A DNA stretch of 32,000 nt. It comes from Copranaerobaculum intestinale. Lineage in GTDB: Bacteria; Bacillota_I; Bacilli_A; Erysipelotrichales; Erysipelotrichaceae. The notes beneath the pieces are model-generated. The model was not told where the DNA came from, searched no databases, and was given only the letters and a program-made list of their open reading frames with translations. Shown here one piece after another: positions 16,933-25,661 of the stretch; positions within the stretch are counted from its first letter, which is position 1; every line of letters begins with the position of its first letter. A program made the translations under genes and the position numbers. The stretch covers positions 90,001-122,000 of the forward strand of contig NZ_WUUQ01000002.1 of assembly GCF_009831105.1 (NCBI RefSeq), read 5' to 3'.

Positions 16933-18267
16933 ATGAATATGGACTATGCTGTGAAATGGACTTACGGCAAGTTTTTCAAATTCGTATTTCCATCTATTTT
17001 AACCATGATCTGTATCTCCTTTTATTCGGTAGTTGATAGCTTTTTCGTTGCCAAATTTGTTTCAACGAATGCGATGGCTTCGGTTAATATCGTATTGCCG
17101 TATACCAATCTGGTATGGGGATTAGCGGTCATGCTGGCAGCGGGATCAAGCGCTATCGTCGGCATTCGCTTGGGCGAGAAGAAAACTGAGGAAGCAAATC
17201 GGCTGTTCAGCTTTATGGCCTTCTTCATGCTTTGTGTGAGCGTGATCCTGGCGGTGATTTGTTTAATTTTTATGGATGACATCGTACGGCTGCTGGGTGC
17301 CAGTGAGCTTTTGTTTGATGATGCGAGGCTGTATATCTTTGTATTGATTATCACATCACCGATTCTGATGTTTAAATTATTCTTTGAATATTATGTCCGT
17401 TTGGACGGCAAGCCGAAGGTTGCGCTGGTTATGTCCTTTCTGGGACTGGCGCTGAATGTAGCGCTGGATTATATCATGGTAGAATCATTGGGATGGGGGG
17501 TCATGGGAGCCAGTATCGCAACGGCAACCTCTATTTTTGTTTCAATGCTGATCGGTATCTATTATTTCACGAAGGGTTCTTCCCATTTAAAATTCATGAA
17601 GTTTAAGAAAGATTTTGTATTTATTTGGCATTCAATCGTTAACGGCAGCAGTGAAATGCTGACGGAGATGTCCAGTGGTATCGTGACGATTCTCTTTAAC
17701 TACTCAATTATGAGATACGCCGCAGAAGACGGGGTAGCGGCGATGGGCGTCATCATGAATATTTATTATTTCTTTATCAGTATCTATATGGGCATAACTT
17801 CCGGGTCACAACCGGTTATCTCTTATAACTATGGTGCGAAAAACATTACCAAGATGAAGGAAATCATGCGATACAGTATTATATCCATTGGTGTTAGCAG
17901 TATTCTGGTATTTCTGTGCGCTCAGGTTTTCGGCCATGGCATCATCAGCTGGTATGTCGGAAACAGTCCTCACGTGATTGCGCTGGCAGATCACGGCTTG
18001 AAAATTTTTGCTTTCTGTTTTCTGTTTATCGGCGTGAATTTATTTGTTTCCAATCTGTATACGGCAATTTCTCATGGTAAGGTAGCGGCCTTGATATCCA
18101 TTTCCCGTACCATTTTGTTTGTGCTGGCCGCCTTAGCTATTTTGCCGAGGTTTATCGGCATTGACGGTATCTGGTCAGCAATTCCGCTTTCCGAGCTTGT
18201 AACCTTGTTTATGTCCGGTTATTTCATGATCCAGTTTCTGCGTATCCATGTGAAAGAAGAAGCGTAA
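16933..18267 (+). CDS. MATE-family efflux transporter
   Basis: About 12 TM segments, 444 aa, with a MATE-like N-terminus (KFFKFVFPSILTMICISFYSVVDSFFVAKFV). SD GGAAGGG lies upstream of ATG 16933. The track start at 16858 lies in the promoter. Confidence 0.88.
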   Translation: MNMDYAVKWTYGKFFKFVFPSILTMICISFYSVVDSFFVAKFVSTNAMASVNIVLPYTNLVWGLAVMLAAGSSAIVGIRLGEKKTEEANRLFSFMAFFMLCVSVILAVICLIFMDDIVRLLGASELLFDDARLYIFVLIITSPILMFKLFFEYYVRLDGKPKVALVMSFLGLALNVALDYIMVESLGWGVMGASIATATSIFVSMLIGIYYFTKGSSHLKFMKFKKDFVFIWHSIVNGSSEMLTEMSSGIVTILFNYSIMRYAAEDGVAAMGVIMNIYYFFISIYMGITSGSQPVISYNYGAKNITKMKEIMRYSIISIGVSSILVFLCAQVFGHGIISWYVGNSPHVIALADHGLKIFAFCFLFIGVNLFVSNLYTAISHGKVAALISISRTILFVLAALAILPRFIGIDGIWSAIPLSELVTLFMSGYFMIQFLRIHVKEEA

Positions 18268-18303
18268 AGAAACATTGTTTTCATGAAAACTTTATGAAAA
18301 GTC

Positions 18304-18332
18304 TTGACTTCATGAGTTTGTTACGATATGAT
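18304..18332 (+). promoter_or_regulatory. Sigma-A-type promoter of the met leader
   Basis: TTGACT, a 17-nt spacer, then TATGAT. Confidence 0.6.
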
Positions 18333-18339
18333 TAATCAC

Positions 18340-18609
18340 GTACAAAGACAAAGAAAAGAAGAGTAGGCAGGAAAACTTTTACAGAGAGTTCTTCATCGGT
18401 GAAAGAAGGATAAAGAGAATTACTGTTGAAAATGGTCTTGGAGTCGTATGGCTGAAAATGCAGTAGGTCATATCGGGAGCGCCCGTTACAGCGATAGAGT
18501 ATAACTTGGAAACAGGCGTACTTGAAGAGTTCTGCACGAGTGATCGGCAGATAAACTAAGGTGGTAACACGAAGCAAAGCTTTCGTCCTTATGGATGAAA
18601 GCTTTTTTT
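18340..18609 (+). promoter_or_regulatory. T-box riboswitch leader, probable methionine specifier
   Basis: Stem I AGAGAG (about 18383) and GGTGAAAG (about 18398). Candidate AUG specifier at 18448-18450. T-box-like AAACTAAGGTGGTAACACGA at 18553-18572. Terminator aaagctttc/gaaagcttt plus T7 at 18576-18609. Confidence 0.8.
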
Positions 18610-18689
18610 ATGAGAAAGGGAGTTGATGACAGTGAAAAGTCTGGTAGAATGGACGACAACACGAATGTGTCATGGATGGGAGGATATAT

Positions 18690-19721
18690 ATGATTAATTT
18701 GGAACATGTCAGTAAGACCTTTGATACTGCCTCCGGAAATGTCCATGCCGTCAAGGATGTATCGCTGCATATTGAACCGGGTGAAATATTCGGTATTATC
18801 GGATTCAGCGGTGCCGGTAAATCAACGCTGGTTCGCTGTATCAACTTGTTGGAGCGGCCGACATCCGGCCGTGTGATCGTAGACGGTCAGGACTTGCTGG
18901 AGCTGAATGAAAAGGAGCTACGCGCGGTCCGTAAAAAGATCGGTATGATCTTTCAGCATTTCAATCTGATGCAGTCGCGTACAGTTGCGCAGAATATTGC
19001 ATTTCCGTTAAAGGGAAGCGGTCTTTCCAAAGCGGAGATTGCTCAAAAGATCGATTCACTGCTAGAGCTGGTTGATTTGAAGGATAAGGCAAACGCGTAT
19101 CCCTCACAGCTAAGCGGCGGTCAAAAACAGCGGGTAGCAATCGCCAGGGCGATGGCAAATGATCCTAAAGTTCTGCTCTGTGATGAAGCGACAAGTGCGC
19201 TTGATCCGCAAACGACCCAATCGATCCTGAAGCTTTTGAAGGAAGTAAATGAGCGCATGGGGATCACGATTGTTTTGATCACACATGAAATGGCAGTTAT
19301 CAAGGATGTCTGTCATAAGGTTGCGGTCATGGAAAACGGTTGTGTTGTGGAAACCGGAGAAATTGTGGAGGTTTTCACTCATACCAAGCATCAGGTTACG
19401 AAGAATTTCATCGAGACAACATCCAGTGTCAGCCGCATTCATGAGCTGATGGCACAGGATTCACCGATCTGCCGATTGAAAGCAGGGGAAGTGCTGGTGC
19501 AGTTGAAATACGATGCGAACAATGCGTCTGAGGCGTTAATATCGAAGATCTCCCGTGACTATCAGGTCGATACCAATATTATCTTCGGCAATATTGAAGT
19601 CATTCGACATACGCCGATCGGGGATCTGATCGTAATCTTCAGCGGAAGCAAAGAGGGGATTGATCAGGCAGTTGAATGTCTGAAAACAAATCATGTAAGT
19701 GTGGAGGTGCTTAAGCAATGA
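18690..19721 (+). CDS. metN: Methionine ABC transporter ATP-binding protein (with C-terminal NIL domain)
   Basis: Walker A GFSGAGKST, signature LSGGQKQR, Walker B LLCDEATSALD, and a C-terminal regulatory domain of about 100 aa. SD GGGAGGA lies 5 nt upstream of ATG 18690. Confidence 0.9.
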   Translation: MINLEHVSKTFDTASGNVHAVKDVSLHIEPGEIFGIIGFSGAGKSTLVRCINLLERPTSGRVIVDGQDLLELNEKELRAVRKKIGMIFQHFNLMQSRTVAQNIAFPLKGSGLSKAEIAQKIDSLLELVDLKDKANAYPSQLSGGQKQRVAIARAMANDPKVLLCDEATSALDPQTTQSILKLLKEVNERMGITIVLITHEMAVIKDVCHKVAVMENGCVVETGEIVEVFTHTKHQVTKNFIETTSSVSRIHELMAQDSPICRLKAGEVLVQLKYDANNASEALISKISRDYQVDTNIIFGNIEVIRHTPIGDLIVIFSGSKEGIDQAVECLKTNHVSVEVLKQ

Positions 19722-20398
19722 TGACGTGGATCGAACAGAATTTACCGCATATTTACATTATTCTACCGGAGCTTCCGGAAAGCATTCTTCAAACCCTGCA
19801 GATGATCTTCATTCCCGGTGTGATTTCCTTTGTCTTCGGAATCTTTTTCGGGGTGATCCTCATCGTCACCCGCAAGGGCGGCATCCTGCAGAATAAATTG
19901 GTATTTTCCATTCTGGACAAGGTGATCAATCTGCTGCGCGCAGTTCCCTTTGTAATTTTGATGTCATTGCTTGATCCGGTATCAAGAGCCGTCATGGGAA
20001 CTACCATTGGTGTAGATGGAGCTTACATCGCTTTGATCATTGGAACTGTACCATTCTTTGCCCGACAGATCGAAAGTGTATTAGCTGAGGTAAATTTCGG
20101 CTTAATCGAAGCAAGTCAGTCAATGGGAGCAAGCCCGAGGGAAATCATCTTTCGCGTTTATCTTCACGAGAGCATTCCCGGGATCACACGAGCTACGACG
20201 ATTACGATTATCTCGCTTATCGGATTGACTGCCATCGCCGGTGCGATCGGTGCAGGCGGTCTTGGTGATATGGCTATCCGCTACGGATATAACCGTCATC
20301 AGATTGACGTCACATATGTAACGGTATTCCTGATTCTGATCATTATCAGTATTATCCAGGGTATCGGAGATTACATTATCAAGAAAACAACCCATTAA
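19718..20398 (+). CDS. metI: Methionine ABC transporter permease
   Basis: The start overlaps the metN stop (ATGA). It has 5 TM segments and an EAA-like loop (GLIEASQSMGASPREIIFRVYLHES). Confidence 0.9.
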   Translation: MMTWIEQNLPHIYIILPELPESILQTLQMIFIPGVISFVFGIFFGVILIVTRKGGILQNKLVFSILDKVINLLRAVPFVILMSLLDPVSRAVMGTTIGVDGAYIALIIGTVPFFARQIESVLAEVNFGLIEASQSMGASPREIIFRVYLHESIPGITRATTITIISLIGLTAIAGAIGAGGLGDMAIRYGYNRHQIDVTYVTVFLILIIISIIQGIGDYIIKKTTH

Positions 20399-20418
20399 AT
20401 AGGAAAGAGGAGAAAGTT

Positions 20419-21240
20419 ATGAAAAAATTATTAACAACGATTACAGCTTTGGCATTATGCGCAGGACTCGCCGGATGCGGCTCCAATGATAAAAAAGACA
20501 ACAACACAATTACGGTAGGTGCAACAACCGCGCCGCACGCTGTTATTTTGAAACATGTAAAAGCAGATTTAAAAGAGGCGGGATACACACTAAAAGTAAA
20601 AGAATTCTCTGATTATACAAAAATCAATGATGCGTTGAACGATGGCGATCTGGATGCAAATTTCTTCCAGCACAAGCCTTATTTGGACGGTTATAACAAA
20701 GACAGCGGAAACGATTTGATATCGGTTGGTGCTATTCATTTCGAGCCGTTAGGAATTTACGCGAATGATCCGGCTGGCAAGACAAGCCTTACCGTAGACG
20801 ATGTAAAAGACGGTGATAAAATTGCAGTACCAAACGATGCGACCAACGAAGCACGTGCCCTGCTGCTGCTTGAAAAATGCGGCATTATCGAGCTTAAAAA
20901 GGGTGTAGGGGTGAATGCAACGAAATTGGATATCAAGACGTACAATAAAAAAATTGAGATTGTGGAATTGGATGCCGCAAAAGTACCGAGTGCGCTTCCT
21001 GATGTGGCATATGGTATTGTAAATGGTAACTATGCACTGGAAAACAACATTGCTGACAAAGTAATCACATCGGAAGATAAAAATGATACGGCAGCGAAAA
21101 CGTATGCAAATATTATTGCAGTTCGTAAAGAGGACAAAAACAATAAAGCAGTAAAAGCACTTGTGAAAATATTGAAAAGCGATAAGACAAAGGCATATAT
21201 AGAAAAGGAATTTAAGGGTGCTGTAGTACCTGCAAAATAA
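20419..21240 (+). CDS. metQ: Methionine-binding lipoprotein (NlpA/MetQ family)
   Basis: Lipobox LAGCGS. ITVGATTAPHA and NFFQHKPYL motifs of the MetQ/NlpA family. Confidence 0.9.
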   Translation: MKKLLTTITALALCAGLAGCGSNDKKDNNTITVGATTAPHAVILKHVKADLKEAGYTLKVKEFSDYTKINDALNDGDLDANFFQHKPYLDGYNKDSGNDLISVGAIHFEPLGIYANDPAGKTSLTVDDVKDGDKIAVPNDATNEARALLLLEKCGIIELKKGVGVNATKLDIKTYNKKIEIVELDAAKVPSALPDVAYGIVNGNYALENNIADKVITSEDKNDTAAKTYANIIAVRKEDKNNKAVKALVKILKSDKTKAYIEKEFKGAVVPAK

Positions 21241-21250
21241 ATATCAAAAG

Positions 21251-21285
21251 GAAGCATAATTGTGAAAGATTATGCTTCTTTTTTT
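21251..21285 (+). terminator. Intrinsic terminator after metQ
   Basis: Perfect 10-bp stem gaagcataat/attatgcttc followed by T7. Confidence 0.85.
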
Positions 21286-21356
21286 GTATTTTTGGTGTTT
21301 TAGTGGTTTTATTTTCCATAAACCAGTATAATATTACTAACCTAAGGAGTGAAATC

Positions 21357-22199
21357 ATGAACAAGTTCAAAGCTTATGTTCGTAAAAATATCGTGTTTGT
21401 GAGTATTTTATCGGTATTCCTGGTCATTATTTTAGGTATCGGGATTTTTTATATTACCCAAAATCAGGGAACGACGAAGCCGGCGAAGGATCCAACTGCG
21501 TCCGATAAGACTCCGGTAAAGAAAGAAACCAATATCTCCTCATTCAGCGGACATTTTAATGGAGAAGACAGTATTAACTTGATTTGGTCTGTTGATGAAC
21601 AGAAAGCAAAAGTGCAGCGTTTGGAGCTGTACTACAATAAGAATATTCTGGCTGATGTCAGCAGTCTTTTGAGTTATGAGCTGCCGCTCAGTACGTATCA
21701 GTTAACAACCGGTACAAATAAATTTGTCTTGAAGGCATATCTCAGCGACGGTAAGGTTATTACAAAAGAAGCAGATGTAGCGGTGGATTATGTGTTGAGT
21801 CCTTCCAATACACTCACACCATCAGGGGACGGCTTTTTATTAAATTTTTCCTATAAGTTTGGCACTGCGAATCCGGTGGGTATTCCCTCTATATCCTATA
21901 CGTATGGATCAAAGGGAAATGCAGCGGCCGCTAAGGTCGTATACCGTACAACGACAACGAATACTTTAGATTCGATTTTTACGCAGGCAAAAACAGAATA
22001 TTTCTTAGATACCAGCAAATTGGCCGATGGTGATTATTCTCTCAACATTCGATATTTCTTTAAAAATGTAGATGAGAGTTATGATTTTACCATTGATTTC
22101 ACGGTTAAGAAAAATAGTGGAGAACCAAATGGATCAGCAAATCCGCAGCCAAGTGAAACTCCAAGTGATGAAAATTCTAACACTGATGAGAATCAATAA
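21357..22199 (+). CDS. Hypothetical N-terminally membrane-anchored protein with a beta-rich ectodomain and an acidic low-complexity tail
   Basis: AAGGAG lies 7 nt upstream of ATG 21357. One TM segment (IVFVSILSVFLVIILGIGIFYI), a Pro/Thr/Lys linker, two beta-rich segments of about 100 aa each, and the tail SGEPNGSANPQPSETPSDENSNTDENQ. Confidence 0.65.
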   Translation: MNKFKAYVRKNIVFVSILSVFLVIILGIGIFYITQNQGTTKPAKDPTASDKTPVKKETNISSFSGHFNGEDSINLIWSVDEQKAKVQRLELYYNKNILADVSSLLSYELPLSTYQLTTGTNKFVLKAYLSDGKVITKEADVAVDYVLSPSNTLTPSGDGFLLNFSYKFGTANPVGIPSISYTYGSKGNAAAAKVVYRTTTTNTLDSIFTQAKTEYFLDTSKLADGDYSLNIRYFFKNVDESYDFTIDFTVKKNSGEPNGSANPQPSETPSDENSNTDENQ

Positions 22200-22220
22200 A
22201 TAATTGATAGGAGATTTTTC

Positions 22221-22946
22221 ATGGAACCATATGCAATGTTGAAAAAAATAGTCGAAGCTGGAAATGTTGTTTTCTTCGGAGGAGCGGGAGTCAGCACAGA
22301 AAGCGGTATCCCTGATTTTCGCGGTGGTGATGGGATCTATCAGCAGCGTCAGTACGGCATGTCTGCAGAAGAGCTTGTTTCTTCCGATACCTTTTGGAAA
22401 AATCCAGGATTATTTTATCGGTTCTATTTTGACAAAATGGTTTATCCGGAAGCAAAACCGAATGCGGCGCACCGAGCTTTGGCGAAAATGGAGCAGCTCG
22501 ATTTATGCAAAGCGGTGATTACACAAAATATTGACGGTCTTCATCAGCTGGCTGGAAGCAGACGGGTACTGGAGCTGCACGGCTCTATCCATCAAAATAC
22601 CTGTACCCAATGTCATCATCAATTCACATTATCGGATGTACTGAAACAGCAGCCGAATCAGCCGGTTTGTCCGCTGTGCGGCGGTTTGATCAAACCGGAT
22701 GTTGTATTATATGGAGAGGCTTTGGATCAATCTGTCATGGAAGCGGCAGTACAGGCAATTATATCGGCAAATACCTTAATAATCGGCGGTACCTCGCTGG
22801 TAGTTTATCCGGCAGCTGGTCTGATACGATATTTTCGCGGTAAGAATTTAGTACTGATCAATAAGGCGGTGACCGATTATGACGATCAGGCTGATCTTGT
22901 TATTCATGAACCGATCGGGGAAGTGCTGGGCAGTATTATGCAATAA
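22221..22946 (+). CDS. cobB: NAD-dependent protein deacylase (sirtuin, CobB type)
   Basis: GAGVSTESGIPDFRG, QNIDGLH, HG, and a Zn ribbon CTQC...CPLCGG; 241 aa. Confidence 0.9.
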   Translation: MEPYAMLKKIVEAGNVVFFGGAGVSTESGIPDFRGGDGIYQQRQYGMSAEELVSSDTFWKNPGLFYRFYFDKMVYPEAKPNAAHRALAKMEQLDLCKAVITQNIDGLHQLAGSRRVLELHGSIHQNTCTQCHHQFTLSDVLKQQPNQPVCPLCGGLIKPDVVLYGEALDQSVMEAAVQAIISANTLIIGGTSLVVYPAAGLIRYFRGKNLVLINKAVTDYDDQADLVIHEPIGEVLGSIMQ

Positions 22947-22978
22947 AAAATGCGGGATTTAAATCACCGCATTTTTTT
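22944..22978. terminator. Bidirectional terminator between cobB and the PHP gene
   Basis: Stem aatgcgg/ccgcatt flanked by A6 and T7. It overlaps the PHP gene stop. Confidence 0.7.
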
Positions 22979-23756
22979 GTATACGCTTCACCGCATCATT
23001 TATATAAAATCCAACATACTTTGGGAAATGCGCATCGCTGGCCGTAAGCAGCCGAACATGATAAGCGAGCAGGATGGTAAGGAATTCATCAGATAATCCT
23101 AAATCTTCATGATGATAGCGATAATAGCATCCCACGTTATTTTCAGTATACATATTATGTTCGCTGAGCAGCTTTGCAATTCTATGGTAAGTAGGATTCA
23201 AATCATAATCAGGAAGAATATGAAACATTTTGATGGTATCAGGATGGGCCAATCCTTGAAAGAGATCGCTTTTGATTAATTGTTCCATTTGGTGATAGTA
23301 CTCCTGATAAATTTGATCGGCTGATCTCTGATCCCAAAGCAAACGTTTTGAAAAGCCGGCGTTATCATAGGCGATGTGATTTACAAAATGAATGCTGCCG
23401 ACTGCAAAATCATAGGGAAACTCATGCAGCATGGTTTCAATAAATCTCTCTTTTTCATGAAAATAACAAACTTCCAATCCAAATCGGATAGTAATGGGGA
23501 AGATCTCTTGTCTCATTTTGGTAATGAATTTTTGATAATCGCGTATCGATATTTTCTTTTCTTTGCGGTACCAATTATCCTGCGCGGTATCAATACCCAA
23601 AATTTGCTCATATAACGGTGCCCATTCCAAAAAGCGATGCGTGTGTTCTAAGATCATAATGGAGTCTAATCCTTGTTTCTGGGCAGTATCTACAAACTTC
23701 ATCAATCCTGCTTTTGTATAAGGCTGTGATTCATAATGTATATGTGCATCTATCAT
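22959..23756 (-). CDS. PHP-domain phosphoesterase, HisJ-family histidinol-phosphatase-like
   Basis: Starts MIDAHIHYE (HxH metal motif), with later EHTH, GSIH and SDAH motifs. GGAGGA lies 6 nt upstream of ATG 23756; the track start at 23789 is rejected. Confidence 0.8.
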   Translation of the reverse strand: MIDAHIHYESQPYTKAGLMKFVDTAQKQGLDSIMILEHTHRFLEWAPLYEQILGIDTAQDNWYRKEKKISIRDYQKFITKMRQEIFPITIRFGLEVCYFHEKERFIETMLHEFPYDFAVGSIHFVNHIAYDNAGFSKRLLWDQRSADQIYQEYYHQMEQLIKSDLFQGLAHPDTIKMFHILPDYDLNPTYHRIAKLLSEHNMYTENNVGCYYRYHHEDLGLSDEFLTILLAYHVRLLTASDAHFPKYVGFYINDAVKRIQKNAVI

Positions 23757-23803
23757 ACAGTTTCCTCCGATGAAAGAAAGTCTCATCAAAAATGAGACTT
23801 CAT

Positions 23804-25096
23804 TTATGCTATTTCGTTTTGTGCTTCTTCACTTTCCATATCTTCATCTAAAGCAAGTAAATTTGAACTTTCCTCCAGTTCGAGCTCTTCTACCTTTTTA
23901 AGTTTCTTCTGAATCATGCGATTTCGATGCTGAGCTGTTTCCAGGGTCTTTCCGGCTTCTTCTATTTTCTTGTGGGCTTTTTCCAATAAAGTACCAAACT
24001 GGTTGTATTGTGACTTAGCAGCGCCAAGAATTTTCCAAACCTCATTGGCTTTCTGGTTAATTGCCATCGTTTTGTATCCCATTGACAAGGAGTTCAAGAG
24101 GGCATTGATCGTTGAGGGTCCGGCGATCATGACATGATAGTCCCGTTGGATTTTTTCCGGCAAACCGCTGCGAGATGAGATGATTTCCGCATAAAGTCCT
24201 TCCGTTGCCAAATACATAATGGCAAACGGGGTAGTATTAGGTACATGAATATACCCAGAGACTGCCTTAGCTTCATCCTTTACCCGGTTTTCCAACGCTT
24301 TGCGGGCCGCCTCCAGTGCCGTGGAATCACCATGATCGGCCGCATCACAAAGCCGAACGTAATCTTCCATCGGGAATTTTGAGTCGACCGGCAGCCAGGA
24401 ATAGGGCGTTTCCTTGTCTCCAGTTGGAATTTTAATTGCGAATTCAACCCGTTCCTGCGAATTCTTTTTGGTCGCTACATTCTTTTCATACATATTGGGA
24501 ATGGTCTGATCAAGTAAAGCTTCCAGCTGAACCTCAGCCCAGGTGCCGCGTGCCTTTACATTCGTAAGCACTCGATTCAAGGAGGTAACGTTATCGGTAA
24601 CTCCGGCTGACAGCTCCTTCATTTCACCGAGCGACTTATAGACATTCTCAAGCTGAGTGGACACCGTTTTAAAGGAGCTGTCCAGACGGGTTGTCAGCGT
24701 TGATGTCAGTTTTTCATCAACTGTTTCGCGCATTTGATCCAGCTTTTTCTCGTTGCTGTCCTGCAGCCGGTGTAAGGTCGTAGAGACTGTCTGCATCATC
24801 TTATTTTGCTGTTCCAAATTGTTTGTGGTTAATTTCTGCACATTCATATTCATTTCTTTCAGCAGGCTGGAGGTTTCATAGCGAAGGTCTTTTTGACCAT
24901 CTACAATATCGCGTTTTAAACGATCCAGCTGTTTACCGTTTTCATTCTGCTGATCTTTTAGCTGCTGCTCCAAAAGACTGATCTTCGTTTCAAGCTTCTG
25001 TGTTTCTGATGTATTCGGTTTTCGAGTCAGAAGCAGGAAAGTCATGATCAGCGAAGCAGCACTTATCACAATACAAAGTATGAGTAAAAATTCCAT
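23804..25096 (-). CDS. rmuC: DNA recombination protein RmuC
   Basis: N-terminal TM anchor, a long Gln/Glu/Lys coiled coil, and a C-terminal RmuC nuclease-like domain (FAIMYLATEGLYAEI, VMIAGPSTINALL). Confidence 0.88.
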   Translation of the reverse strand: MEFLLILCIVISAASLIMTFLLLTRKPNTSETQKLETKISLLEQQLKDQQNENGKQLDRLKRDIVDGQKDLRYETSSLLKEMNMNVQKLTTNNLEQQNKMMQTVSTTLHRLQDSNEKKLDQMRETVDEKLTSTLTTRLDSSFKTVSTQLENVYKSLGEMKELSAGVTDNVTSLNRVLTNVKARGTWAEVQLEALLDQTIPNMYEKNVATKKNSQERVEFAIKIPTGDKETPYSWLPVDSKFPMEDYVRLCDAADHGDSTALEAARKALENRVKDEAKAVSGYIHVPNTTPFAIMYLATEGLYAEIISSRSGLPEKIQRDYHVMIAGPSTINALLNSLSMGYKTMAINQKANEVWKILGAAKSQYNQFGTLLEKAHKKIEEAGKTLETAQHRNRMIQKKLKKVEELELEESSNLLALDEDMESEEAQNEIA

Positions 25097-25318
25097 TGTT
25101 TTTCTCCCTCTTTCGCTGCTTTATTATATCACATCTGTGAAGCTTTGAGCGAAATGGACACCGCGATAAATTCTGTAAATTCTAATTTTTTGTATAAACT
25201 CAGCAAAGCCCCAGGTAATCTTATACAATTTCCAGACTTCGGCCTAAATGGGCTTGCTTTTTTTACATACTTTATATTGAGATACACAAGAGATATCTCA
25301 GGAAAGGGAGGATTCGAT

Positions 25319-25546
25319 ATGTGTAACAGATGCAATTGTGGATGTGGCAGTAATCGTATGTGGGGAGGCTGCGGCTGCGGTACAAACCGATATGGTTATG
25401 AATACGGCTGTAACAACAGCTGCGGTGATTCTGCATGGTATGAAGCAGAACGCTTAATGCGTCGGGCTGAAATGCGCCGCTGCAGAGAAGATCGCTGTGC
25501 ACGTGAATTTATTCGCTGCATGAGAAATACGCACTGCGGCTTCTAA
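25319..25546 (+). CDS. Cys-rich mini-protein, 75 aa (12 Cys), unknown function
   Basis: AGGGAGGA lies 6 nt upstream of ATG 25319, and a strong terminator follows 15 nt after the stop. Sequence: MCNRCNCGCGSNRMWGGCGCG...CNNSCG, then an Arg/Cys-rich helical-looking half. Confidence 0.6.
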   Translation: MCNRCNCGCGSNRMWGGCGCGTNRYGYEYGCNNSCGDSAWYEAERLMRRAEMRRCREDRCAREFIRCMRNTHCGF

Positions 25547-25561
25547 TTGCCCCTTTTATAA

Positions 25562-25591
25562 AAGCATCTTCCTCAGTGAAGATGCTTTTTT
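25562..25591 (+). terminator. Intrinsic terminator after the Cys-rich ORF
   Basis: Perfect 10-bp stem aagcatcttc/gaagatgctt followed by a T-run. Confidence 0.85.
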
Positions 25592-25661
25592 GATACTCTT
25601 ACAGAAGTAATGGATATTTCGCTGCATACCATGTTTTCAAAACGTCAGTTGATCAGTAGAT

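Noticed and set aside
18268-18303. 14-nt palindrome GTTTTCATGAAAAC and repeated TCATGA-like motifs downstream of the MATE gene.
   Set aside because: As a hairpin the loop would be too tight, there is no T-run, and it could equally be chance in AT-rich spacer. There is not enough evidence to call it an operator or terminator.
22221-25096. SIR2 (cobB), RmuC and, at 12360-12914, dCTP deaminase as possible anti-phage defence modules.
   Set aside because: All three have canonical housekeeping size and motifs: a sirtuin with an intact Zn ribbon and NAD motifs, a TM plus coiled-coil RmuC, and a 184-aa Dcd. None has the partner genes or fused domains seen in defence versions.
25145-25318. Upstream extension of the Cys-rich ORF to 133 aa.
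   Set aside because: There is no SD at 25145. The extension runs through a terminator-like hairpin and a T7 run, and the strong SD sits directly before the internal ATG at 25319.
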